Below, piece by piece: positions 25,186-36,350 of a DNA stretch of 64,000 nt (positions within the stretch are counted from its first letter, which is position 1; the number at the start of each line of letters is the position of its first letter). Where the stretch lies: assembly GCA_964016885.1 (NCBI GenBank), contig OZ024742.1, positions 215,636,001-215,700,000 of the forward strand, written 5' to 3'. Under the pieces are notes generated by a model. The model searched no databases. It saw nothing but the letters and a program-made list of their open reading frames with translations, and was not told the origin of the DNA. The translations under genes and the position numbers were made by a program. The DNA comes from Eledone cirrhosa. Taxonomy: Eukaryota.

Positions 25186-27669
25186 TTAGGCTGTAGTTGT
25201 TGGTGGTGGTGGTGTTTTGGCTGTTGTTGTTGTTGGTGGTGGTGTTTTGGCTGTGGTTTTGTTGTTGGTGGTGTTTTGGATGTTGTTGGTGGTGGTGTTT
25301 GGCTGTAGTTGTTGTTGGTGGTGGTGGTGTTTTGGTTGTTGTTGTTGGTGGTGGTGTTTTGGCTGTAGTTGTTGTTGGTGGTGGTGTTTTGGCTGTTGTT
25401 GTCGTTGGTTGTGGTGTTTTGGCTGTTGTTGTTGTTGGTGGTGGTGGTGTTTTGGCTGTTGTTGTCGTTGGTGGTGGTGTTTTGGCTGTTGTTGTTGTTG
25501 GTGGTGGTGGTGTTTTGGCTGTTGTTGTTGTTGGTGGTAGTGTTTTGGCTGTTGTTGTTGGTGGAGGTGTTTTGACTGTAGTTGTTGGTGGTGGTGGTGG
25601 TGTTTTGGCTGTTGTTGTTGGTGGAGGTGTTTTGGCTGTAGTTGTTGGTGGTGGTGGAGCTTTGGCTGTTGTTGTTGGTGGTGGAGATGTTTTGGCTGTT
25701 GTTGTTGTTGGTGGTGTTTTGGCTGGTGTTGTTGGTGATGGCGTTTTGGCTGTTGTTGTTGGTGGAGTGTTTTGGCTGTTGTTGTTGTTGGTGGTGGTGT
25801 TTTTGTTGTTGTTGTTGGTGGTGGTGTTTTGGCTGTTGTTGTTGTTGTTGGTGGTGTTTTGGCTGTTGTTGTTGGTGGTGGTGTTGTTTTGGCTGTTGTT
25901 GTTGTTGGTGGTGGTGTTGTTTTGGCTGTTGTTGTTGTTGGTGGTGGTGTTTTGGCTGGTGTTGTTGGTGGTGGTGTTTTGGCAGTAGTTGTTGTTGGTG
26001 GTGGTGGTGGTGTTTTGGCTGTTGTTGTTGTTGATGATGTTTTGGCTGTTGTTGTTGGTGGTGGTGTGTTGGCTGTTGTTGGTGGTGGAGTTTTGGCTGT
26101 TGTTGTTGGTGGTGGAGGTGTTTTGGCTGTTGTTGTTCGTGGTGGTGCTTTGGCTGTTGTTGTTATTGGTGGTGGTGTTTTGGCTGTTGTTGTTTGTGGT
26201 GGTGTTTTGGCGGTAGTTGTTGGTGGTGGTGGTGTTTTGGCTGTAGTTGTTGTTGGTGGTGGTGTTTTGGCTGTTGTTGTTGTTGTTGGTGGTGGTGTTT
26301 TGGCTGGTGTTGTTGTAGGTGGTGTTTTGGCTGTAGTTGTTGTTGGTGTGGGTGGTGTTTTGGCTGTTGTTGTTGCTGGTGGTGTTTTGGCTGTTGTTGT
26401 TGCTGGTGGTGGTGTTTTGTCTGTTGTTGTTGTTGGTGGTGGTGGTGTTTTGGCTGTTGTTGTTGGTGGTGGTGTTTTGGCTGTAGTTGTTGTTGGTGGT
26501 GGTGGTGTTTTGGCTGCAGTTGTTGTTGGTGGTTGTGTTTTGGCTGTAGTTGTCTGTGGTGGTTGTGTTTTGGCTGTAGTTGTTGGTGGTGGTGGTGTTT
26601 TGGCTGTTGTTGTTGTTGGTGGTGTTGGTGTTTTGGCTGGTGTTGTTGGTGGTGGAATTTTGACTGTAATTGTTGTTGGTGGTGGTGTTTTGGCTGTTGT
26701 TGTTGTTGGTTGTGGTGGTGTTTTACCTGTCGTTGTTGTTGGTGGTTGTGTTTTGGCTGTAGTTGTTATTGGTGGTGGTGTATTTGGTGGTGGTGTTTTG
26801 GCGGTTGTTGTTGGTGGAGGTGTTGTGGCTGTTGTTGTTGTTGGTGGTTGTGTTCTGGCTGGTGATGTTGGTGGTGGAGGTGTTTTGGCTGTTGTTGTTG
26901 TTGTTGGTGGTGGTGTCTTGGGTGTTGTTGTTGTTGGTCGTGGTGTTTTGGCTGTTGTTGTTGCTGGTGGTGGTGTTTTGGCTGTTGTTGTTGTTGGTGG
27001 TGCTGTTTTGGCTGTAGTTCTTGTTGTTGTTGTTGGTGGTGGTGTTTTGGCTGTTGTTGTTGCTGGTGGTGGTGTTTTCGCTGTAGTTGTTGTTGTTGGT
27101 GGTTGTGTTTTGGCTGTTGTAGTTGTTGGTGGTGGTGTTTTGGCTGTAGTTGTTGTTGGTGGTGGTGTTTTACCTTTTGTTGTTGTTGGTCGTTGTGTTT
27201 TGGCTGTAGTTGTTGTTGGTGGTGGTGTCTTGGGTGTTGTTGTTGTTGGTCGTGGTGTTTTGGCTGTTGTTGTTGCTGGTGGTGGTGTTTTGGCTGTAGA
27301 TGTTGTTGTTGGTGGGGTTTTGGCTGTAGTTGTTGTTGTTGGTGGTGGTGGTGTTTTGGCTGTTGTTGTTGTTGGTGGTGCTGTTTTGGCTGTAGTTCTT
27401 GTTGTTGTTGTTGGTGGTGGTGTTTTGGCTGTTGTTGTTGCTGGTGGTGGTGTTTTCGCTGTAGTTGTTGTTGTTGGTGGTTGTGTTTTGGCTGTTGTAG
27501 TTGTTGGTGGTGGTGTTTTGGCTGTAGTTGTTGTTGGTGGTGGTGTTTTACCTTTTGTTGTTGTTGGTCGTTGTGTTTTGGCTGTAGTTGTTGTTGGTGG
27601 TTTTGTTTTGGCTGTTGTTGTTGTTGTTTGTGGTGGTGTTTTAGTTGTTGTTGTTGTTGGTGTGGTGTT
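25186..27669 (-). other. Stop-to-stop open frame of 827 codons without ATG: PT-rich block, then Q/H-rich block, short T/N block, back to PT
   Basis: Bounded by TAA at 27670-27672 and TAA at 25186-25188, which are 2,484 nt apart and in the same frame. Three 1-nt deletions (~25768, ~25298, ~25258) sum to 3. I found no stop between them by eye. Confidence 0.6.
26980..27600. repeat. 378-bp in-frame local duplication, also present in copy B near 35670-36290
   Basis: Rare variants recur 378 bp apart: GCTGTTTTGGCTGTAGTTCTT at 27002/27380, TTTTCGCT at 27079/27457, TTACCTTTT at 27172/27550. Confidence 0.85.
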
Positions 27670-30600
27670 TTAGTTGTTGTTTTTGGTGGTGGTTGTGTTT
27701 TGGCTGTTGTTGTTGTTGATGGTAATGTTTTGGCTGTTGTTGTTGGTGGTGGTGTTTTGGCTGTTGTTGTTGGTGGAGGTGGTGTTTTGGCTGTTGTTGT
27801 TGGTGGTGTCGGTGTTTTGGCTGTTGTTGTTGTTGGTGGTGGTGTTTTGGCTGTTGTTGTTGGTAGTGGTGTTATGGCTGTTGTTGTTTGTGGTGGTTGT
27901 GTTTTGGCTGTAGTTGTTGGTGCTAGTGGTGTTATTGTTTTTGTTGTTGTTGTTGGTGGTGGTGTTTTGGCTGTTGTTGTTGTTGTCGGTGGAGGTGTTT
28001 TGGCTGTTGTTGTTGTTTGTGGTGGTGTTTTGGCTGTTGTTGTTGTTGGTGGTGTTTTGGCTGTTGTTGTTGGTGGTGGTGTTGTTTTGGCTGTTGTTGT
28101 TGTTGGTGGTGGTGGTGTTTTGGCTGGGGTTGTTGGTGGTGGTGTTTTGGCAGTAGTTGTTGTTGTTGTTGGTGGTGTTTTGGCTGTTGTTGTTGGTGGT
28201 GGTGTGTTGGCTGTTGTTGGTGGTGGAGTTTTGGCTGTTGTTGTTGGTGGTGGAGGTGTTTTGGCTGTTGTTGTTCGTGGTGGTGTTATGGCTGTTGTTG
28301 TTTGTGGTGGTGTTTTGGCGGTAGTTGTTGGTGGTGGAGGTGTTTTGGCTGTAGTTGTTGTTGGTGGTGGTGTTTTGGCTGTTGTTGTTGTTGTTGGTTG
28401 TGGTGTTTTGGCTGGTGTTGTTGTAGGTGGTGTTTTGGCTGTAGTTGTTGTTGGTGTGGGTGGTGTTTTGACTGTTGTTGGTGGTGGTGTTGGTTTTTGG
28501 CTGTTGTTGTTGGTGGTGTTGTTTTGGCTAAAGTTGTTATTGTTGGTGGTGGTGTTTTGGCTGCTGTTGTTGCTGGTGGTGGTGTTTTGGCTGTTGTTGT
28601 TGGTGGTGGTAGTGTTTTGGCTGTTGTTGGTGGTGGTGTTGGCTTTTGGCTGTTGTTGTTGGTGGTTGTGTTTTGGCTGTTGTTGGTGGTGGAGTTTTGG
28701 CTGTTGTTGTTGTTGTTGGTGGTGGTGTTTTGGCTGGTGTTGTTGGTGGTGTTGTTTTGGCTGAAGTTGTTGTTGTAGGTGGTGGTGTTTTGGCTGTTGT
28801 TGTTGCTGGTGGTGGTGTTTTGGCTGTTGTTGTTGGTGGTGGTGTTTTGGCTTTAGTTGTTGTTGGTGGTGGTGGTGTTTTGGCTGCAGTTGTTGTTGGT
28901 AGTTATGTTTTGACTGTAGTTGTCGGTGGTGGTTGTGTTTTGGCAGTAGTGGTTGGTGGTGGTGGTGTTTTGGCTGTTGTTGTTGTTGGTGGTGATGGTG
29001 TTTTGGCTGGTGTTGTTGGTGGTGGTATTTTGACTGTAGTTGTGGTTGGTGGTGGTGTTTTGGCTGTTGTTGTTGGTTGTGATGGTGTTTTACCTGTTGT
29101 TGTTGTTGGTGGTTGTGTTTTGGCTGTAGTTGTTGGGGGTGGTTTTGTTTTGGCTGTTGTTGTTGTTGTTGGTGGTGGTGTTTTGTCTGTTGTTGTTGTT
29201 GGTGGTGATGGTGTTTTGGCTGATGTTGTTGGTGGTGGTATTTTGACTGTAGTTGTTGTTGGTGGTGGTGTTTTGGCTGTTGTTGTTGTTGGTGGTGGTG
29301 GTGTTTTACCTGTTGTTGTTGTTGGTGGTTGTGTTTTGGCTGTAGTTGTTGGGGGTGGTTTTGTTTTGGCTGTTGTTGTTGTTGGTGGTGGTGGTGTTTT
29401 AGTTTTTCTTGTTGTTGGAGGCGGTGTTTTAGTTGTTGTTTTTGGTGGTGGTAGTGTTTTGGCAGTTGTTGTTGATGGTGGTGTTTTGGCTGTTGTTGTT
29501 GGTGGCGGTGGTGTTTTGGCTGTTTTTGTTGGTGGTGGTGTTTTGGCTTTTGTTGTTGGTGGTGGTGTTTTGGCAGTTGTTGTTGGTGGTGGTGGTGTTA
29601 TTGCTGTTGTTGTTGGCGGTGGTGTTTTCGCAGTAGTTGTTGTTGGTGGTGGTGTTTTGGCTGTAGTTGTTTGTCGTGGTGTTTTATCTGTTGTTGTCGT
29701 TGGTGGTGGAGGTGTTTTGGCTGTTGTTGTTGTTGGTGGAGGTGTTTTGGCTGTTGTTGTTGGTGGTGGTGGTGGTGTTTTGGCTGTAGTTGTTGGTGGT
29801 GGTGTTTTGGCTGTAGTTGTTACTGGTGGTGGTGTTTTTGGTGGTGGTGTTTTGGCGGTTGTTGTTGTAGGTGGAGGTGTTTTGGCTGTTGTTGTTGGTG
29901 GTGGTGTTTTGGTTGTTGTTGTTGGTGGAGGTATTTTGGCTGTAGTTGTTGCTGGTGGTGGTGGTGTTTTAGCTGCTGATGTTGTTGATGGTGGTGTTTT
30001 GGCTGTAGTTGTTGTTGGTGGTGGTGGTATTTTAGCTGCTGTTGTTGTTGGTGGTGGTGTTTTGGCTGTAGTTGTTGTTGTTGGTGGTGGTGTTTTGGCT
30101 GCAGTTGTTGTTGGTGGTTGTGTTTTGGCTGTAGTTGTTGGTAGTGGTGGTGTTTTGGCTGTTGTTGTTGTTGGTGGTGATGGTGTTTTGGCTGGTGTTG
30201 TTGGTGGTGGTATTTTGGCTGTTGTTGTTGTTGGTTGTGGTGTTTTACCTTTTGTTGTTGTTGGTGGTTGTGTTTTGACTGTAGTTGTTGGGGGTGGTTT
30301 TGTTTTGGCTGTTGTTGTTGTTGTTGTTGGTGGCGGTGTTTTAGTTGTTGTTTTTGGTGGTGGTAGTGTTTTGGCGGTTGTTGTTGTTGATGGTGGTTTT
30401 TTGGCTGTTGTTGTTGGTGGTGGTGTTTTGGCTGTTGTTGTTGGGGGAGGTGGTGTTTTGGCTGTTGTTGTTGGTGGTGGTGGTGTTTTGGCTGTTGTTG
30501 TTGTTGGTGGTGTTTTGGCTTTTGTTGTTGGTGGTGGTGTTTTGGCTGTTCTTGTTGGTGGTGGTGGTGTTATTGCTGTTGTTGTTGGCGGTGGTGTTTT

Positions 30601-33080
30601 GGCTGTAGTTGTTGTTGGTGGTGGTGTTTTGGCTGTAGTTGTTTGTCGTGGTGTTTTGGTTGTTGTTGCTGGTGGAGGTGTTTTGGCTGTAGTTGTTTGT
30701 GGTGGTGTTGTTTTAGCTGTTGTTGTTGTTGGTGGTGGTGTTTTGGCTGTTGTTGTTATTGATGGTGCTGTTTTGGTTGTTGTTGGTGGAGGTGTTTTGG
30801 CTGTTGTTTTTGTTGGTGGTGGTGTTTTAGCTCGTGTTGTCGCTGGTGGTGTTTTATCTGTTGTTGTCGTTGGTGATGGTGGTGTTTTGGCTGTTGTTGT
30901 TGGTGGAGGTGTTTTGGCTGTTGTTGTTGGTGGTGGTGGGGGTGTTTTGGCTGTTGTTGTTGTTCGTGGTGGTGTTTTGGCTGTAGTTGTTGGTGGTGGT
31001 GTTTTGGCTGTAGTTGTTATTGGTGGTGGTGTTTTTGGTGGTGGTGTTTTGGCTGTTGTTGTTGTTGGTGGAGGTGTTTTGGCTGTTGTTGTTGGTGGTG
31101 GTGTGTTGGTTGTTGTTGTTGGTGGAGGTGTTGTGGCTGTTGTTGTTGTTGGTGGTTGTGTTTTGGCTGGTGATGTTGGTGGTGGAGGTGTTTTGGCTGT
31201 TGTTGTTGGTGGTGGTGTTTTGGGTGTTGTTGTTGTTGGTAGTGGTGTTTTGGCTGTTGTTGTTGTTGGTGGTGGTATTTTGGCTGTAGTTGTTGTTGTT
31301 GGTGGGGTTTTGGCTGTCGTTGTTGTCGTTGGTGGTGGTGGTGTTTTTGCTGTTGTCGTTGTTGGTGGTGCTCTTTTGGCTGTAGTTCTTGTTGTTGTTG
31401 GTGGTGGCGTTTTGGCTGTTGTTGTTGTTAGTGGTGGTGTTTTCGCTGTAGTTGTTGTTGTTGGTGGTTGTGTTTTGGCTGTTGTTATTGTTGCTGGTGG
31501 TGTTTTGGCTGCAGTTGTTGTTCTTGGTGTTGGTGTTTTGGCTATTGTTGTTGGTGGTGGTGTTTTGGCTGTAGTTGTTGTAGGTGGTGGTGGTTATGTT
31601 TTGGCTGTTGTAGTTGTTGGTGGTGGTGTTTTGGCTGTTGTTGTTGTTGGTGGTGGTATTTTGGATGTTTTTGTTGGTGGTGGAGGTGTATTGGCTGTAG
31701 TTGTTGTTGGTGGTGGTGTTTTGGCTGTTGTTGTTGGTGGAGGTGGTGTTTTAGCTGTAGTTCTTGTTGTTGGTGGTGGTGTTTTGTCTGTAATTGTTGT
31801 TGGTGGTGGTGTTTTACCTGTTGTTGTTGTTGGTCGTTTTGTTTTGGCTGTAGTTGTTGGTGGTGGTTTTGTTTTGGCTGTTGTTGTTGCTGGTGGTGGT
31901 GGTGTTTTAGTTGTTGTTGTTGTTGGTGTGGTGTTTTAGTTGTTGTTTTTGGTGGTGGTTGTGTTTTGGCTGTTGTTGTTGTTGATCGTAATGTTTTGGC
32001 TGTTGTTGTTGGTGGTGGTGTTTTGGCTGTTGTTGTTGGTGGTAGTGTTTTGGCTGTTGTTGTTGTTGGTGGTGGTGTTTTGGCTGTTGTTGTTGGTGGT
32101 TGTGTTATGGCTGTTGTTGTTGTTGGTGGTTGTGTTTTGTCTGTAGTTGTTGGTGCTGGTGGTGTTATTGCTGTTGTTGTTGTTGGTGGTGGTGTTTTGG
32201 CTGTAGTTGTCGTTGGTGGTGGTGTTTTGGCTGTAGTTGTTGGTCGTGGTGTTTTGGTCGTTCTTGTTGTTGGTGTAGGTGTTTGGCTGTAGTTGTTAGT
32301 GGTGGTGGTGTTTTAGCTGTTGTTGTTGTTGGTGGTGGTGTTTTGGCTGATGTTGTTGTTGGTGGTGTTTTGGCTGTTGTTGTTGTTGGTGGTGGTGTTT
32401 TGGCTGTTGTTGTTGTTGGTTGTGGTGGTGTTTTGGCTGGTGTTGTTGGTGGTGGGGTTTTGGCAGTAGTTGTTGTTGGTGGCGGTGGTGTTTTGGCTGT
32501 TGTTGTTGGTGGTGTTTTGGCTATTGTTGTTGGTGGTGGTGTGTTGGCTGTTGTTGGTGATGGAGTTTTGGCTGTTGTTGTTGGTGGTGGAAGTGTTTTG
32601 GCTGTTGTTGTTCGTGGTGGTGCTTTGGCTGTTGTTGTTATTGGTGGTGGTGTTTTGGCTGTTGTTGTTGGTGGTGGTGTTTTGGCGGTAGTTCTTGGTG
32701 GTGGTGGTGTTTTGGCTGTAGTTGTTGTTGGTGGTGGTGTTTTGGCTGTTGTTGTTGTTGGTGGTGGTGGTGTTTTGGCTGTAGTTGTTGTTGGTGGTGG
32801 TGGTGGTGTTTTGGCTGTTGTTGGTGGCGGTGTTGGTTTTTGGCTGTTGTTGTTGATGGTTGTGTATTGACTGTTGTTGGTGGTGGAGGTGTTTTGGCTG
32901 TTGTTGTTGGTGGTGGTGTTGTTTTGGATGCAGTTGTTGTTGTTGGTGGTGGTGTTTTAGCTGCTGTTGTTGTTGGTGGTGGTGTTTTGGCTGTAGTTGT
33001 TGTTGGTGGTGGAGGTGTTTTGGCTGCAGTTGTTGTAGAAGGTAGGTGTTTTAGCTGTTGTTTTATTTGGTGGTTGTGTT

Positions 33081-36000
33081 TTGGCTGTAGTTGTTGGTGG
33101 TGGTTGTGTTTTGGCTGTAGTTGTTGGTGGTGGAGGTGTTTTGGCTGTTGTTGTTGTTGGCGGTGATCGTGTTTTGGCTGGTGTTGTTGGTGGTGGTGTT
33201 TTGACTGTAGTTGTTGGTGGTGGTGGTGTTTGGACTGTTGTTGTTGTTGGTGGTGGTGTTTTACCTGTTTTTGTTGTTGGTGGTTGTGTTTTGGCTGTAG
33301 TTGTTGGTGGTGGTTTTGTTTTGGCTGTTGTTGTTGTTGGTGGTGGTGGTGTTTTAGCTGTTGTTGTTGTTGGTGATGTTGTTTTAGTTGTTGTTGATGG
33401 TGGTGTTTTGGCTGTTGTTGTTGGTGATGGTGTTTTGGCTGTTGTTGTTGGTGGTGGTGGTGTTTTGGCTGTTGTTGTTGGTGGTGGTTGTGTTTTGGCT
33501 TTTGTTGTTGGTGGTGGTGTTTTGGCTGTTGTTGTTGGTGGTGGTGGTGTTATTGCTGTTGTTGTTGTTGGTGGCGGTGTTTTGGCTGTAGTTGTTGTTG
33601 GTGGTGGTGTTTTGGCTATAGTTGTTGGTCGTGGTGTTTTGGTTGTTGTTGCTGGTGGAGGTGTTTTGGCTGTTGTTGTTTGTGGTGGTGGTGGTGTTTT
33701 GGCTGTTGCTGTTGTTGATGGTGCTGTTTTGTTTGTTGTTGTTTTTGGTGGAGGTGTTTTTGCTGTTGTTTTTGTTGGTGGTGGTGTTTTAGCTCTTGTT
33801 GTCGTTGGTGGTGTTTTATCTGTTGTTGTCGTTGGTGGTGGTGGTGTTTTGGCTGTTGTTGTTGTTGGTGGAGGTGTTTTGGCTGTTGTTGTTGGTGGTG
33901 GTGGTGGTGTTTTGGCTGTAGTTGTTGGTGGTGGTGTTTTGGCTGTAGATGTTATTGGTGGTGGTGTTTTTGGTGGTGGTGTTTTGGCTGTTGTTGTTGT
34001 TGGTGGAGGTGTTTTGGCTGTTGTTGGTGGTGGTGTTTTGATTGTTGTTGTTGGTGGCGGTGTTGTGGCTGTTGTTGTTGTTGGTGGTTGTGTTTTGGCT
34101 GTAGTTGTTGATGGTGGAGTTTTGGCTGTAGTTGTTGGTGGTGTTGTTTTGGCTGTAGTTGTTGTTGGTGGTGGAGGTGTTTTGGCTGCAGTTGTTGTAG
34201 GTGGTGGTGTTTTAGCTGTTGTTTTTGTTGGTGGTTGTGTTTTGGCTGTAGTTGTTGGTGGTGGTTGTGTTTTGGCTGAAGTTGTTGGTGGTGGTATTTT
34301 GGCTGTTGTTGTTGTTGGTGGTGATGGTGTTTTGGCTGGTGTTGTTGGTGGTGGTGTTTTGACTGTAGTTGTTGGTGGTGGTGGTGTTTGGGCTGTTGTT
34401 GTTGTTGGTGGTGCTGTTTTACCTGTTTTTGTTGTTGGTGGTTGTGTTTTGGCTGTAGTTGTTGGTGGTGGATTTGTGTTGGCTGTTGTTGTTGTTGTTG
34501 GTGGTGGTGTTTTAGCTGTTGTTGTTGTTGGTGGTGGTGTTTTAGTTGTTGTTTTTGGTGGTGGTAGTGTTTTGGCTGTTGTTGTTGTTGAAGGTGGTGT
34601 TTTGGCTGTTGTTGTTGGTGGTGGTTGTGTTTTGGCTGTTGTTGTTGTTGGTGGTAGTGTTTTGGCTTTTGTTGTTGGTGGTGGTGTTTTGGCTGTTGTT
34701 GTTGGTGGTGGTGGTGTTTTTGCTGTTGTTGTTGTTGGTGGTGGTGTTTTGGCTGTAGTTGTTGGTCGTGGTGTTTTGGTTGTTGTTGCTGGTGGAGGTG
34801 TTTTGGCTGTAGTTGTCTGTGGTGGTGGTGTTTTAGCTGTTGTTGTTGCTGTTGGTGGTGCTGTTTTGGTTGTTGTTGATGTTGGTGGAGGTGTTTTGGC
34901 TGTTATTTTTGTTGGTGGTTGTGTTTTAGCTCTTGTTGTCGTTGGTGGTGTTTTATCTGTTGTTGTCGTTGATGGTGGTGGTGTTTTGGCCGTTGTTGTT
35001 GTTTGTGGAGTTGTTTCGGCTGTAGTTGTTGGTGGTGGTGTTTTGGCTGTAGTTGTTATTGGTGGTGGTGTTTTTGGTGGTGGTGTTTTGGCTGTTGTTG
35101 TTGTTGGTGGAGGTATTTTGGCTGTTGTTGTTGGTGGTGGTGTTTTGATTGTTGTTGTTGGTGGAGGTGTTGTGGCTGTTGTTGTTGTTGGTGGTTGTGT
35201 TTTGGCTGTAGTTGTTGATGGTGGTGTTTTGGCTGGTGATGTTGGTGGTGGAGGTGTTTTGGCTGTTGTTGTTATTGGTGGTGGTGATTTGGGTGTTGTT
35301 GTTGTTGGTTGTGGTGTTTTGGCTGTTGTTGTTGGTGTTGGTGGTGTTTTGGCTCTAGTTGTTGTTGTTGGTGGTTTTTTGGCTGTAGTTGTTGTCGTTG
35401 GTGCTGGTTGTGTTTTGGCTGTTGTTGTTGTTGGTGGTGCTGTTTTGGCTGTAGTTCTTGTTGTTGGTGGTGGTGGTGTTTTGGCTGTTGTTGTTGTGGT
35501 TGGTGGTGTTTTCGCTGTAGTTGTTGTTGTTCGTGGTTGTGTTTTGGCTGTTGTTGTTGTTGCTGGTGTTGTTTTGGCTGTTGTTGTTGGTGGTGGTGGT
35601 TTTTTGGCTGTAGTTGTTGGTGGTGGTTTTGTTTTGGCTGTTGTTGTTGTTGCTGGTGGTGGTGTTTTGGCTGTTGTTGTTGTTGGTGGTGCTGTTTTGG
35701 CTGTAGTTCTTGTTGTTGTTGTTGGTGGTGGTGTTTTGGCTGTTGTTGTTGCTGGTGGTGGTGTTTTCGCTGTAGTTGTTGTTGTTGGTGGTTGTGTTTT
35801 GGCTGTTGTAGTTGTTGGTGGTGGTGTTTTGGCTGTAGTTGTTGTTGGTGGTGGTGTTTTACCTTTTGTTGTTGTTGGTCGTTGTGTCTTGGCTGTAGTT
35901 GTTGTTGGTGGTGGTGTCTTGGGTGTTGTTGTTGTTGGTCGTGGTGTTTTGGCTGTTGTTGTTGCTGGTGGTGGTGTTTTGGCTGTAGATGTTGTTGTTG

Positions 36001-36350
36001 GTGGGGTTTTGGCTGTAGTTGTTGTTGTTGGTGGTGGTGGTGTTTTGGCTGTTGTTGTTGTTGGTGGTGCTGTTTTGGCTGTAGTTCTTGTTGTTGTTGT
36101 TGGTGGTGGTGTTTTGGCTGTTGTTGTTGCTGGTGGTGGTGTTTTCGCTGTAGTTGTTGTTGTTGGTGGTTGTGTTTTGGCTGTTGTAGTTGTTGGTGGT
36201 GGTGTTTTGGCTGTAGTTGTTGTTGGTGGTGGTGTTTTACCTTTTGTTGTTGTTGGTCGTTGTGTTTTGGCTGTAGTTGTTGTTGGTGGTTTTGTTTTGG
36301 CTGTTGTTGTTGTTGTTTGTGGTGGTGTTTTAGTTGTTGTTGTTGTTGGT
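33081..36350 (-). other. Uninterrupted PT-rich open segment, about 1,090 codons of TTTAKTPPP-type repeat
   Basis: Antisense counterpart of + ORF 33081..36362. That translation shows no Y/H/Q, the residues that mark stops in the minus PT frame. Boundaries are approximate (frameshift sites). Confidence 0.55.

Noticed and set aside
28490-28505. Programmed -1 frameshift at the recurrent deletion (minus strand GCC AAA AAC)
   Set aside because: A -1 slip would restore the PT frame, but C_AAA_AAC is not a canonical X_XXY_YYZ heptamer. The A/C-only RNA offers no stimulatory structure, and other indels and stops would remain.
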